Positions 25,190-39,234 are shown, counted from the first letter of the stretch. The stretch is DNA of 64,000 nucleotides from Octopus vulgaris (GCA_951406725.2 OX597818.1:105524001-105588000); one strand, 5' to 3'. The notes: a model not told the origin generated them from the letters alone. A program made the numbers and translations.

Positions 25190-26271
25190 TTTAATTAAAC
25201 AATTTTGAATATTATCTTAGCCAAAAACAGATGCCTTCTTATGAATAAAAGCTAATGGTTTCAGCCAATGGACTGCAATCATTATGGAACATCATGTTTA
25301 AAAGATTCTAATCAGTCTTCTGTACTTGACAAAACAATTACCTGTCAAGCCATTCCTCAAAATTTTTAACAGAATTCATACACCAATGGTATTTAGTTAA
25401 CTATGCTTCTCAGTTGGTGGCAGGAACTTATTTTCTATTTATAAGCATTTACTTTTCTAGATCTACAATGCCAACATTAATATCAGAGAATGTATTTTAT
25501 ATATATATATATATATATATATTTTTCCATGCTGGCAAGGATTGGGAAAGTTGTTATAGGTTGGAGACGACATCTCACTCAGGCATTAGCGCAATTTCTA
25601 CAGACGTGTGCTCCTCCTAATGTTTTATAGGTCTTTTCCATGCTATTACAGTTTTAATCATAACCTTACTAGGATACTAAAAGTAAGATGAAATGAAATA
25701 AGTGAAAAAAACTTGAGATTCAGGTTTACAACTAAAATCACTTGTTATATCTCACTATTTATCATTTGAAGCTCACATTAAGGCCATTAGTTTCTTCCTC
25801 ATCCTGCAGATATGCAGTTATAAATGCTTCTGTGAAGTTTCTTCACTCCGCAAATTTCAGAAACTCCTCATACAATTTTGTTGATGCAGATTAGTGAGAA
25901 AAAAAACAAAAAAACTACAGATATTACTATGCTTAAAAAAACTGGGAAAGGAAATGAAAACTATTCGCCATGGAACATCAAAATATCTAGATGGGAGTGA
26001 AAGATGTTCACTTAGTGGACAATGGTCAGTAAAGATTAAATATGTTTGCTCTACAATTCCACAACTTTGAAAACAAACAAGTAAGAGCATACTGGCCTAT
26101 TACAAAACAAACTAGTGGGATGGCCTAAATCCCCCTCGAATCATATCCTATGTTTGAAGAAGAAAAAAAGGATAGTTACAACTGGGATGTTTTTAAAATT
26201 CTGCTAATCCACAATCCAGAACTAGTATTTTATTATCTTAACTCCAGAAGAATGCAAGTTCAAGTTGATCA

Positions 26272-26319
26272 TAGTGAATCCTGAACTCAGTCTAGTGAAT
26301 CCTGAACTCAGTCTAGTGA
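26272..26319. repeat. 21-bp tandem duplication
   Basis: Unit tagtgaatcctgaactcagtc x2 plus tagtga. Confidence 0.95.
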
Positions 26320-28609
26320 GCCAGAACAAATAATGAAAGTTATTCTGTATTAGACTAACAGTTCAGCTTACACCTGAACTAGAAAACTTTAAAAAGCAAT
26401 GAAATTACACTTTTTTTTTATGAGGGGGGAAAAAAGAAAAAAAAAAATCAGGAATTATTAGCCTAGCAACATAATGACAATGATTAAACCTTGATATTTT
26501 AATGTATTATTGACATAATGAATAAATAGGTATTTAACCCCTTTTGATGCCAACCAGATTAGCATCTGGCTTTGTGATACAAAATGGCCTGTCATATTTA
26601 AATTTAAATAATTGAGCAGAATTTCGTGTAAGAATCATTTAAATAATAATGAAATTATTGTGTATAGTGCTCAGGTGCACTACAGTTAAATACATTTCAA
26701 ACACAAATGAAAAATCCATTGAAATTTTTGATTTTCAATATTGAAAAATATGAGAAATATGGTTGTGAAAAAGGATTTTTCACAATGTTTACTTTGACAG
26801 TTCTAATAATTAAGGTACAAAATTACAAGAATCATGATGTGACTGTCACATGGGATTAAACTCATATTGCAAACAATGATGCAGTCCTTCGTAAGACCAC
26901 TATATACTAATTTTTCTCTCAATCTGTTTAGCTGAATATAAGGTCTTACTGTAACTGATTTCATAGTTGAGAATTCAGAGGTCCTGAGAAAACTGTAAGT
27001 ACATGAATGTAAAGTCTATGCAACACACTACTGATAAAGGATATACTGTTGGTTGAACCACAACAAATACCTCTTTACAGTTGGTTAGTAACAGAAAAGG
27101 GGAAAACAATGACACTTTCAATAGCATCATCATAGTAAAATGAGAGAACACAAAGAACTTTAGGGGTCTTCATAGACATTTTCGTTTCATTAGAACTTTT
27201 TTAAACGTGTGGTGGAACATTGTCAATTAAACCGAGTATAGGATCTTCAGTACATATTTTATTAGAAAGGTTATCAATAGAAGAGTATCTGTGAGTTGAA
27301 GAACTACTGATCTAATAGTCAAGAGCCGAATCAAACCTTGCTCACAACTACTGTATCCCTTCCAAGGTACATAACTCTGGTTGCCTCACAAAAAAATTTT
27401 AAAAAAAAGGTTTTAATACGCCATCTCAACGTTGACTGCCTAATAGTAAAAGGCGGAAACCGACGGTAAAATGATTCTCTAACAAAGTAATCAAACCAGC
27501 TCTTAAGGAAAACAAGAAAGAGTGACCTAAAACCTCATTTTGACTAAGGCCTGAAATCATACACTTGCACAAACTAAATGCTCTATTACAGCATTACTAA
27601 AATCACAAGCACATTTTAAACATCTCGGAAATCTACTAAAATGTAGCGGAAACTGGTTTTTCTTGAAAAGAATGGATCGAATTTTTTATTACATAAAAGC
27701 TTGAATTAATAAGCGATTAGAACAAGCTTGAAATTATGTCATCCTAAATGTCAGTAACTGATAAAAGAAAGAAAGAAAAAGGTTCGAAGATATGAGATTT
27801 ATGTAATATCATCACATTACTTTGACAAACATACCATTCCCTCGCACTTTCCTAAAGGTATTTCGTTTACATTTCACTAGATATACAAAGCTTTTGTATA
27901 TCACACATACAGTTGCACAATTCAAATTACTATGTGTGCATGAGAGTGTATATATGTAATTCCATTCAAGTTTGAATACAGAGCTCGCTCTCTGTGCATA
28001 AGCCGATGACAAAAGATATTGCTAAAAAAAAAAAAAAAATTACATAATTTTATTTGAGGCAATCTTCCGAAGGAAGAGAAGCAATTCTGAATTGATGCCA
28101 GCCCCTTTCACTAGTCACAATTGGTTATGTACAATTTTATTTATAAATACTATTTAATTTCTTGTCGTGAGGCATATTAGAAATGTATTTGGTATAGCAA
28201 ATTGCCCCATATTTATCATGTGCCATATGTCGTGCAGTGTTCAACGACAAAACGCCCATCCTCTAGCATATTAATGTAACAAGAATACACAGCAAGAGGA
28301 AGAATGACAGCACATACAGACACAATTCACATTTCTCTCTTCACACTTCATTTATCTGTTGGAAGGTTCATAATTTTTATATAAACCACATCATAAAAAT
28401 CTTTTTAGCTCTCCCACATATTGCTACTCCGCTGTAATGTTTTACTGAATACTCTTTTATCATATTCAGTATGGGCAATGCACGAAGGAATATGGCATGA
28501 AGCTAGATAAATTATATATATTGTCCACGGACAAGCTTGTTGTACAAAGGCCGTTTCCAAAGCATTTAGTCACAACAGAGAAGCAGTATCAACTGCAACA
28601 GTTTTTTTC

Positions 28610-28656
<47 letters not shown>

Positions 28657-29060
28657 GTTTTCCGTGCTTACACGGGTGGAATGGTTTAGTGGCTGGAGCC
28701 ATACCCACCACCCTTCTTTTCACAACTAGATCGACAAACTGAATTGTGTCTTGCACAGAAAATCCAGCACCATGGGTAGTATAACGTGGACTAATTTGTG
28801 AATAAACTTCATTTACACTATATTAGTAATAGATTATTTGTTAAATGATAGTTACATCCCCCCCCACCAAAAAAATCCACTCCGTTCAACGAATTTCTCA
28901 TGATGACTAATTCATCTTTACATCATTTCACCTAAAGATATTGACAAGTTCCCTCCTTAAACGCGAAGGTTTTTCTAAAAAGCTATTTGTCGACTCACCA
29001 CCATGCAAATTATATATTCCTATAGTTTTGTAGTATTGGTTAATGCTAGCCGATAAACAC

Positions 29061-29099
<39 letters not shown>

Positions 29100-31572
29100 C
29101 ATGAGTGATTATAATCCATGTAGACAGTGTATGCCGATGTCAAATGAGTCATTGAATGAATTAAGTAATCGCTTAACAGGAGCCCCTAACTCGGGGCTAG
29201 TTTAAGTCTTGTTTTGCCTTTAAATATATGTGTACAGAAATCATTATTTAAAATAAACCCCGCATTGTATCTTACTCCAGAAAAGTCTTATGGCCAAAAA
29301 TTATAAGATTGGAACATTATGAATTAAAGTGACTAGAGTAGCATGTTGACACTTATATTCAAGAAAGAATAAAGTCGATAGTAATAAGATATGAACCAGA
29401 AAATACGCGATATCAAAGCAGAAAATACAATCTCAGTTGGGTACGAAATGTAATCGCACAAACTATACAGGGGCGCGTGTACAGTTGAGTTTTTTTTTCT
29501 AAATATTAAAATAACTTGTAGCGAAGAATTTTTGCATTCGGAGAATAATTATATAATATAGAAATTTTTTTTTAAATATCTTTATTTTCTACAAAAACAA
29601 AATTATAATAGCTGTAAAACTAAAACCAAATCCAATCAGGGTAAAGAAAATTGAAATGAAGCTAGCAGAATTTCACAGTTTAACCATCACGTGAATAGAA
29701 CTGGGTAGTTTTGGTAGTTATTTTTCCCCTGAAGAATTTAATGAACTTTCTAATGTTAGAAATGTGTAATCAATACAAAATTAATTACCAATTAAACAGA
29801 ATGTTCTGTGTGTTACATAAAAAATTAGTTTAAAAAAGAAAAACTAATACCCCCACCCCTTTCAATTTAGCTGTGAAGTAATAACGATTAAAACAGAATT
29901 AAACAATTCTTTTGGAATTCTAAGCATAAAATATGGCCCACAAAGAAAAAATTATGAAAATAGAATTGTAAAAAAGTTATACACATTAAAAAGACTTTTA
30001 ATCTAGAAATGTACACCATTTTATATATATATATATATAAAACTAAAGAAAAATATTTTAAATCTGTAAGTGAAACTGAAAATTAATTATAATTATATTT
30101 TGAATAGGTTCAAAGTGGGTAGCAATAACTTATCTAAGGCTATCAATTGTACAAATATCTCGACACAAAATCTATAGTATTCGTCTTATCTAATAATACT
30201 GTCACTAATTTGACCAGGCCGGCAGCAGTAAGAAGCTCAGAATTCAAAAGAAAAAATATAATAAGCTGAAGATATTCTGGTTTCATTGCTGTGCTGTCTA
30301 GTGTTCATCAAACTCAAATGAGAAATAGCTTTAAACAAAGAATAAGAATAGGAAAAACGATAAACAATACCAAGGTTTCCAGAAGCAATAAAAGATCTTT
30401 TCTTGGTAGCAAGCTATCATTGGACTTGTGGAGAAGTTTCTGTGATTTGATTTGAAACAATAAGCAGAGTGGAAGAAATAACGAAGAGTGCTAGCCCGAA
30501 GTTAGCAGAGCAAGTTTACCACAGAGAATGAGTAATCAATATAGACTAGCGCATTAGTTTTTATAATTATATGTGCAATGAAATTGGTCGTATGCAGAGC
30601 GGAATCATTTCTCTGGAAAAGCGGTCGAGTGTCGGATAAATCACAAGTTCTGTCGGAATATATATTTTCTAAGAAGTTTATTATTTAGAGATAATTAAAG
30701 ATAAATGAAATTGAGCAAAATGGCAACCGCACTACCAAAGTTATATTGCATACGGATAATTTAAAATATATTTTAAATGTATACCTTACTTTTATTTATT
30801 TATTTATGACTGCGATTTATTTAGTAAGCACGATATTTGATTTTTTCCCACTTCTAATGGACTATCGTTAAGAATGCTATGGAGGGTGTGGAATTCAAGA
30901 TAACATTGTTCTTCTGAACAATGTCTAAAATTAAAATAGCATAACATGTAAGAATTTGTGCTAATCGACGTATGATTAATTTTTATATGTTGATTCAATT
31001 GAATTTTGGAGGTATAGGAACAAAAACTGAAACGACCCGGCTAAGCAAAATATGTGTATTTCTGCATATGTATGGTTGTCTGTATGTGTATAGCCAAACC
31101 TCCGGCTGGGTTTAAATTTATAAGTAGCAAACCAACGAAAAAATATATATCCGGATCGAAGAGGAACTTACTGGTGTGTCTAATTATTAGCGAATAACAA
31201 AATATTACAACTCTAACATGCACGCACATACACATCTATACATACAAAACTGAATTGTAAATTAAATGATTCGATTTCTTTTTTTCTTTTTATTTTTGCT
31301 GGAGAAAAGTAGTAGAAAGCTTTCAATAAAAGTAAGCAGTTTATCACAAACAATATTTCCCTTCTGTTCACAGTAGATTTTTTTTTTTCAAGTCAGAGGA
31401 ATCTAATTAAAGGCAGGGAGAAAATAAATTGGGCAAGGAGGAAACAAATCATAGAGACAATTATTGCAGAGAGCTACGAGAAAAATATGTTGATGAGCCG
31501 AGCCAGTACGTGTAAGGGTGAGAGAGGGGTAATTATCGTTTTAGATATGACGTGCCGACTTCCCGGCCATCG

Positions 31573-31629
<57 letters not shown>

Positions 31630-32739
31630 GAAAATATAATTTGTGACTTGACAAACGATGTGTCGAAATATGCGAAAATAAAAGACAGAAGTAAATAAAA
31701 TATCCGTCTTTTATGGTTTGTTGTATTTTTAAGAAACAAAGGATTTGAAAAAGTTCCCTAAAAGGAAGAATAGTTAGAGTTATGTAGCCACAGGTTAGTA
31801 CTGCGCGAAAAAACGTATGATCAAAGGTGTTCCAGCCATGACCATCCTGTCATTCTCTCGGTCATAGTATGTCTAGGACTACATTAACCAATGTGTCCTC
31901 CATTTTCAGAGGTGTGAAATTCGAGGGAGATCTGGCTGCCATTCGTAATATACTGAGACCCTGTACAGTCTCCCTTTAATTTTTTGTATTTTATGATTAG
32001 TTTCCTCTTTGTTTAACAGTTCTTGATACAGAGCGCGCACTTACGACACAATTTACAATTAAGATCAGAAGAGAGAAAGCTGCACCCAGAAAAATATATA
32101 TAAAAGAAGAAAAATAAAGTATTTGCACAACTTTCGAATTATAAGAAAGAAATATAGAAATTGGAATAATCAAGGCATTTTTTTTTAATACTTAGAAGAA
32201 ATATTCACACACACAGACAAGTAGCCATGCACATATATCTGGTCGTATAAGCTGTGACTGAGCAGGCATAATCAGACATTCCTGTTATGACCAACCCGCC
32301 CTTTCCCCGAATCATAGAGAATAGTAAAAAACAGAATGGATTAAAAAAAGGATGCCGGTGTGAGTTGTTTGAGATTTCGCTGCTGTTTCTAGCAGGTCTA
32401 GCAATCGATATTTAATATAAGCGCATTCACACATGCACACACGTGTTGTATACTCCCCCCTTTAATTAACCAGCGCTTTTGACAGCTAATTCAAACTTAA
32501 AACATAGATCCATAAAACAAAAAAATAATTTTGAAACTAAGATGACAGTTCTACAATAACAAAAAAGGCAAGCTTTTAAAAACGATAAATTGAAAATATA
32601 TATAATTATAAAAAGAATACATGACAGAAATTGCATTTATGCAGAACAAACCTTTTTTACACTCCAGCTGAGAAATTAACGTGACTGCGGAGGTCAGTGC
32701 TTTGATAACTTGATATAGAGCAATAACAAAATTACTCAC

Positions 32740-32774
32740 ACTTCCGGCGTTGCACTCCCCGTTCTCTGCGGAGG
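32740..32774 (-). other. Candidate 35-nt non-coding (5'UTR) exon, possibly of RhoGDI
   Basis: Minus strand reads tttttttttaatccacag|CCTCCGCAGAGAACGGGGAGTGCAACGCCGGAAGT|gtgagtaa: a good acceptor and a consensus donor around a GC/CpG-rich island in AT-rich DNA. The RhoGDI ATG exon starts with an acceptor, so upstream UTR exons are required. Assignment to RhoGDI is inference. Confidence 0.5.
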
Positions 32775-33149
32775 CTGTGGATTAAAAAAAAATTGTTATG
32801 TATAATAAATGAGAAGTAAAGAGTATTTGAATGTAAGAAATAATATTATTGAATGAAAACATGTAGAGAGTGTCTTAATATGCAAAAAAAAAAATTAAGT
32901 ATGAAAAAGAGGAGAGTAAAGAGTTAGGAAAAAAAAATTAAGTAAAATAGTGCAAGCGATATAATGAATTTTAAAGCAATTAAATTCAACATTTAGTTGC
33001 ACTATTGCACTCTAGGACTGGGTGCATATATTTTTTAATCAGCTAAAAGTTATAGAATGTATTTATTGTAATTTTAGTTTCGAATTAAATTTCCCAGTAA
33101 CTAAGTTTTCAAAGATATATAAGTTGTGCAGGTTCTTGTTTTATGAGTG

Positions 33150-33950
33150 ATAAGGTCAAATACTTTCTACATCCGGTTTCTAAAGCAAGGGTTTGTGTTG
33201 CGACACCAGACAACGGAACTGCTCTACTGCTTAAGCGAGGTGAGGTTTCTTTACAAGTAAATTGAAATGAAAATTGAAAAAAAAAAAAAAAAAAGAATAC
33301 CGCTGATGATTAATTGCATTCGATACACACGTGCGGTACACATACCTGCATTGTGTTATAAACGATTATTTCTGTTTTTGTAATGTTTTTATTTTGCTTC
33401 GTCTCCTGATCGATGTCGAAAAATAAATCGTTGATACCTTTTGGTTGCACATGAGGCCGTTTATTTGTTTTATTTTAGAGAAAGCTGTAGAATCGTTTGA
33501 ACCAATTACTGTATATTATAGATGTTAGTTTTATCGAGCTTGCAAAAATGAAAAGCAAAGTCGGACCTAGTGATTTTCGAAGTCACAGTGATCTACCAAG
33601 ATAAATACAGTGAAGCTACCTACTGTCTAGATCACCTTCTCCACCACCAATTAAACAATGTTATTAATTAATAATTGTTTATTAGTTTCGCCAGAAGGAA
33701 GCTGTTGTACTCATGGCGTTTGCTGGACCTCCAAGATAAGTGAGATCGGTACTTTTAATAAACCGTATAAAATGTTACAAACCGACAATAGTAGGAAAGA
33801 CATTCGGCGAAAGAATTTATGAGTTCCAGACAAAAAGGGATTGGAGGTAGTGGTTGGTGCAGGGCCTGGAGCAGTTGGATACAATTTATGTAATGAGAAG
33901 AGAGACAAATGAGTCGCGAGTACCTGACTGGAAGTTGCACAAAACCTGTT
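33150..33950. promoter_or_regulatory. Candidate promoter / first-exon region, possibly bidirectional
   Basis: Repeat-free and CpG-retaining relative to the flanks. Minus-strand donor CAG|gtatgt at 33345; plus-strand donor-like GAG|gtgagg near 33240; plus-strand Inr-like TTAGTT near 33683 followed by CATGGCG (YY1-like) and AA|gtgaga near 33740. Confidence 0.4.
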
Positions 33951-35177
33951 AGTTGTAAGGAACAGAGGCTATTGTAGTAGTGGTATAAAAGGCACGGAAC
34001 GATTGCAATACCCCTGTAGGTCAGAAGTTATGGTACTTTTGTGAGAGGCTATATGCCTAATTAGTCACAGATGTAGGAGCAATATACTCTGTTATGGGTT
34101 TCACCAAATTTATTGCTTTTGTCCTACCTATGATACAAACAACTTTGTTTTTCTATTATTACTGAGGAAGCAGATATAAAAGAAATAAATCATAGAAAAA
34201 TTATCAAAATGCTAAGAGAACAGTTGTAACTAAGTATATAGGGTCAATGTTATTAAATATCACAAGATAATTTGATCATTTATTTATCAACTCGTTGGAG
34301 ATTAAAATTTAAAAAAAAAACTTTTGAAGGGTACAAAAATTGATTATGATGCAATTTGTAGTTACTTGTAATTCTTTACCTCATTAATCATACACAAAAG
34401 TCACCATTCTTTGGTATATGCTGAACACTGAACCAGCAAAAGGTTCTGCATGGTTGCTCAACCCGATAAAGAAAAAAGACACATTGGATAATGTATTGCT
34501 ATACACAATAGCTGTCACTCACTAGTGAGTATGACTTAGTAGCATGTAACCTGTTTCTGCTAATTGTATGTAAACATAGACACTCTTTCAGTTCTCTCAT
34601 CCTTGACATAGAAGAACATTGAATATGTGAAAACTTAAGAAAGAGGACTGCACTACTACTAGGTTGGTATCAGAGCAATGTGAAATAAAGTGCTTTGACA
34701 ACAATCTGCCTGATCCAGCAATGAGATCCAAAACCTTATTGTTGTAAGTCCAACAATAATCACTTAACTACACACCTTGAACAATACTATGCACACTGTA
34801 CAAATAAGAGATACAGTGGTCACAGCTATAACACTTTTGATCATAGGCTTTCTCAATCAAGGCTGATCTGGGTTTAAACAATAGCAGCATGCTGAACTAT
34901 AATACTTTTTTTGTTATTCCTTCTCTGTTTTTAATTTTAATTCATTCATGACATTAGACCACAAAGATTAGAATGCAGTGTCTCTTAACTTTGTAACTAT
35001 AGTAATGTCTAATTTATTGTGTTTAATATATCAAGAGAAATACTTCAGTGAAACTGTATTGTATTTAGCTCTTTGTTTTGAACACTATATTCAATAGGCT
35101 ATTGATAATCGTGCTTAAATCCCAAATTTAAAAAGAAAAAAACCAAAGTACATTTCTTATTTTCTTAATGTATAAAA

Positions 35178-35488
35178 TGGCACGTAAGAGAACCATCCAA
35201 ACATGGCCGTAGCCAGCGCCGCCCTGACTGGCCTCCGTGCCGGTGGCACGTAAAAAGCACCATCCAATCGTGGCCGTTTGCCAGCTTCGTCTGGCACCTG
35301 TGCCGGTGGCACGCAAAAAGCACCCACTATCCTCACAGAGTGGTTGGCGTTAGGAAGGGCATCCAGCTGTAGAAACACTGCCAGATCAGACTGGGCCTGG
35401 TGCAGCCTTCTGGCTTCCCAGACCCCAGTTGAACCGTCCAACCCATGCTAGCATGGAAAGCGGACATTAAACGATGATGATGATGATG
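35178..35488 (+). mobile_element. Short element sharing the RTE LINE 3' end
   Basis: Nearly identical to 24014-24285; (GAT)n tail. Confidence 0.85.
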
Positions 35489-36183
35489 AATGTATCTGTT
35501 TCAAGTTGTACGACATAGTTTTGCATGTAGGTATCCAAAATTTTGCATGGTGACACATCATTTCAAGGAGAATGTTATGGGCTATATAACTTTTTCTGTG
35601 ATACTTTATATAAACCCAGGTTAGGGCTTCTAAAAAGCATAGTGCTGCATACTAGTTTTGATACACACTTCTGTTTATGTTATGATGTAACAGAGATGAA
35701 AGCTGACAGCCAAGCTCATGGAGAATAGGTTACAGGTGGGCTAGTTGGTGTGGGTCTGATCTCGGGTGAACAATTTCTCACCAGTTAGAAGCAAAACAAG
35801 GACACTTTATTTTATGTCTTTCTAGTTATTTTAGTCTGTTCTGTTACATGTAAGTATGACTTGTATACTTCATGTGTATGTACACGCACACATACACACA
35901 ACCTATAAATAATATGTTTAGCATAGGTTGATAAAATATTTGATGATCAGTTTGAAATGGGGCCTACATTTTGCATCTAGCTTGGGTATATTGCTAGCTA
36001 TGCACTGGCATACCTTCTGCTAGTATCGTGTTGGTGATGATGATAATGATTTCATTCATTAGTATGAGGCCATAATATTCCAGAGGAGGTAGATATATAT
36101 ATACATGTGTGTGTATATATATATACTTATGTATATTTATACGTATATGTATATATATATATACATATGTATATATATATATA

Positions 36184-36443
36184 TCATCGTTTAACGTCCG
36201 TTCTCCATGCTAGCATGGGTTGGACGGTTCGACCGGGGATCTGGGAAGCCAGAAGGCAGCTCCAGTCTTATCTGGCAATGTTTCTACAGCTGGATGCTCT
36301 TCCTAACGCCAACCACTCCGTGAGTGTAGTGGGTGCTTTTTACGTGCCACCCGCACAGGTGCCAGACGAGGCTGGCAACGGCCACGGTCGGATTGGTGCA
36401 TTTTACGTGCCACCGGCACGGAAGCCAGTTGAGGCAGCGCTGC
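36184..36443 (-). mobile_element. Short element sharing the RTE LINE 3' end
   Basis: Reverse-complement copy of the same family, about 700 bp from the plus copy at 35178. Confidence 0.85.
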
Positions 36444-36739
36444 GCTATATGATCAAATAAACCCTACATAGAGGTGCAAGTGGGGGTATACTCGGGGGGG
36501 GGGGGATAGTCAAGTAAGACAGGGATAGAAACTTCCGGTATTGGTGGAGGGGGTGGGAAAGCGGGCGGGCGAACCTCGAAGCAACGAGTTTGAATATAAT
36601 TCGTAGGAAAGTTAAAGTCTTAGCTGGCCATTTTTCTATGTGTATATAAATATATATATATATATATATACATACATACATACATATGTATATAAATATA
36701 TATACATGTATGTATGTATGATTCCCGAGCAGTGCTTAA

Positions 36740-37243
36740 CTAGTAGTGTAGGGCCTGGAATTTATTTGCATTAAAATGCATGTTGTTATCCTCAGCCCAT
36801 GTATAGATGGCATCTAGATCCTTCTGTAAGAGCGTAGCATCAGAGGTTTCCTTGACTGACTGTGCGACTTTTGTGTCGTTGGCATAGCTGGTAAGCATGA
36901 CTGCCTTTGTCACTGACGGCATATCCAATAGGGTTACCATGAAAAGCAGTGGCCTCAGCACAGTGCCCTGGGATACTCCACTCACTATTGGTGTCTCTGT
37001 AGAGAGAGCTCTGTTGGCTGCTACAGTTTGGCTCCTGTTCTTTAGGAAATCATGCAGCCACTCTCCGACTTTACCTGTGATGCTGAGTCCCTGTATTTTG
37101 TCGCATATCATTCCATGGTCAACTGTGTCAAATGCCTTTTCAAAGTCGAGGTATACCACATCCACTTTTGAGCAGTTCATTAATTGCTTCAGTACCCAGC
37201 CATAGTGACACAGAAGCTGTGAAAGACAGCTCCTTCCCAGGTG
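36740..37243 (-). mobile_element. LINE reverse transcriptase fragment (CR1/L2-like)
   Basis: VDVVYLDFEKAFDTVDHG, SGVSQGTVLRPLLF, SYANDTK (decayed YADD), WAEDNNMHFNANKFQ. Confidence 0.9.
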
Positions 37244-37260
37244 AAATATTTATATATATG

Positions 37261-37300
<40 letters not shown>

Positions 37301-37310
37301 TATATATATA

Positions 37311-38756
37311 CAAGATAAGAAAATGGAGAAATACATCCAAATCAAATATCAATTACCAGATAATACTCAATCACATACTTTATTAAACCACCACATAAGA
37401 GACTGTAGGGTTAAACATAAAAATGCAGAACAAATCAGTGTACATAAAGGAGTGTACATAAAAGTGTGATGTTGTATAATAAGTAGAATATATATAAAAA
37501 AGAGAATATACATATAAGTATAGATTACATCTTACAGCTGTTTCGGCCATGTAGATAAGTATGTCTCATTTTACCAGTATTGGCCTTTTATGGTAGGTCA
37601 ATATATAGATATAAATGAGACATTTACAAAAATATCATAAGGCCTCCTCGGAGATATACATATACATATGAGTGCATATACTCACACTCCTATACATATA
37701 CATAATAATGTAAATAAATAATATGAATTAGTAAACATATATACGTTCCATATTCAATGTTTCAGTTCTTAGAACTTAATATTGTGATAATAAACATACA
37801 CATATTAGTACCTAGATGCAAATATACATAGTCAATAGTACATTATATTACTTCCTACTAATTTCCAAAGTGTCATTAAAGTTAGCATCATTATCGTTGT
37901 CAATACCATTAATGCTATCATTATTATCATTCATAATATTATTAGTAACGCTTACATTAGGATCCGAAGTGGCACATATGTATGTCCGGGTTCCAATTAG
38001 TAATTTTCCTTATGACATAAATACACTATTGGATTTGAATTAAAATTATCATTGTCCTCATCATGGTTGGTCCGTTGAGAGCTGCCCGACCTACACCACA
38101 CCGCACAAGAAAAACATACACATCCACATCCAACCCTAAACCCACACACACATGAATACACCCCGACACATCTCTACACATTCACTAGATTGCAGAGTGC
38201 ATGTCTGTCATCGCATGGCTTATAGACAAATCAGTACAGGCAACAGTGTCTATACACTAACACACACACTCACAAGCACATCCGCATATATTCAAATGTT
38301 AATACACTCTCATATACTATATCAGGGAACATTCGCACACACATATATACATATTTAAATATATGTCTGTGCACTCATACGTACAAATAAAACCTATACT
38401 TATATCCACCCATGAATAAATATTTGCATATACATATATACATATCCAAATACGCACCTGCGTACTCATATGTATAAGAAAAACATACATCCGTACATCC
38501 ACCTATGAACATACCTATACGTACAAAAACATACATACGTACACATACACATTTTCACCCACCTCGACACCTCAACCCACATCCACTAAATCATAAATTA
38601 AAATATATGTCTGCCCATCCAAAGACGTATATATACATACACAAAAAGTAAACAGAAGTTACTATTAACTTAGATATAAGTTCATTAATTATAAATTAAA
38701 TTAAATTAATTATAAGTTAGTAAGTGCCAAATAAACAAAAATAAATAATTAAATAA

Positions 38757-38793
<37 letters not shown>

Positions 38794-39220
38794 TAAATAG
38801 ATAAATAGATAAATAAAATGGAATACAAATTAAGAAGAGCACAAAGATAAACCTAATATAGTAAATATAAGTGGATACGCCGAAATGCAGCCATGCGGAC
38901 ATACATGTGCATGCACGCCCCCACACGCACACGTACGATCACCGAGATACACACCAGAACACACCTATTATCAATTTATCTTGACTGACCACTAACTGGT
39001 ACACTTTCCCTCTCTTCATCTCTTTACTATCTCTCTCCTTGCTTTTTTTTCTGTCTTTATTCCTGTCTTCCTGTTTTTGATTTGACCTTACAAATACATT
39101 TCCTACCTTTAGGTCACTTTAAATAAACCCTCGATTCAATAGCACTATGTACAAACTCTATACTTGGAATGACCAATTTTAAATACTATTGGATTTTACT
39201 CATAAGGTATTAGAATCTTA
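37311..39220 (-). mobile_element. ~1.9-kb non-coding element between (TA)n tracts carrying the hammerhead near its 3' end
   Basis: Bounded by (TA)n at about 37250-37310 and TA/TG repeats from about 39220; no credible ORF; low-complexity CA/TA interior. Confidence 0.45.
37526..37658 (-). ncRNA. Type-I hammerhead motif with ~90-nt structured insertion in stem II
   Basis: Minus strand: tatatct-CCGAGGA-ggcc-[insert containing atgtctcattt/aaatgagacat and tattgacct/aggccaata pairings]-ggcc-GAAA-C-AGCT-G-TA-agatgta. 7-bp stem I, palindromic loop III, GUA triplet; core has C in place of U4. Confidence 0.75.
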
Positions 39221-39234
39221 TATACAGCTATGTA

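Noticed and set aside
33713-33739. ATGGCGTTTGCTGGACCTCCAAGATAA as the start of a plus-strand protein
   Set aside because: Stops after eight codons; nearby short ORFs have no recognisable homology. At most a uORF.
36480-36570. G-quadruplex-like G-rich patch
   Set aside because: It lies between repeat fragments and microsatellites, with nothing in the sequence indicating function.
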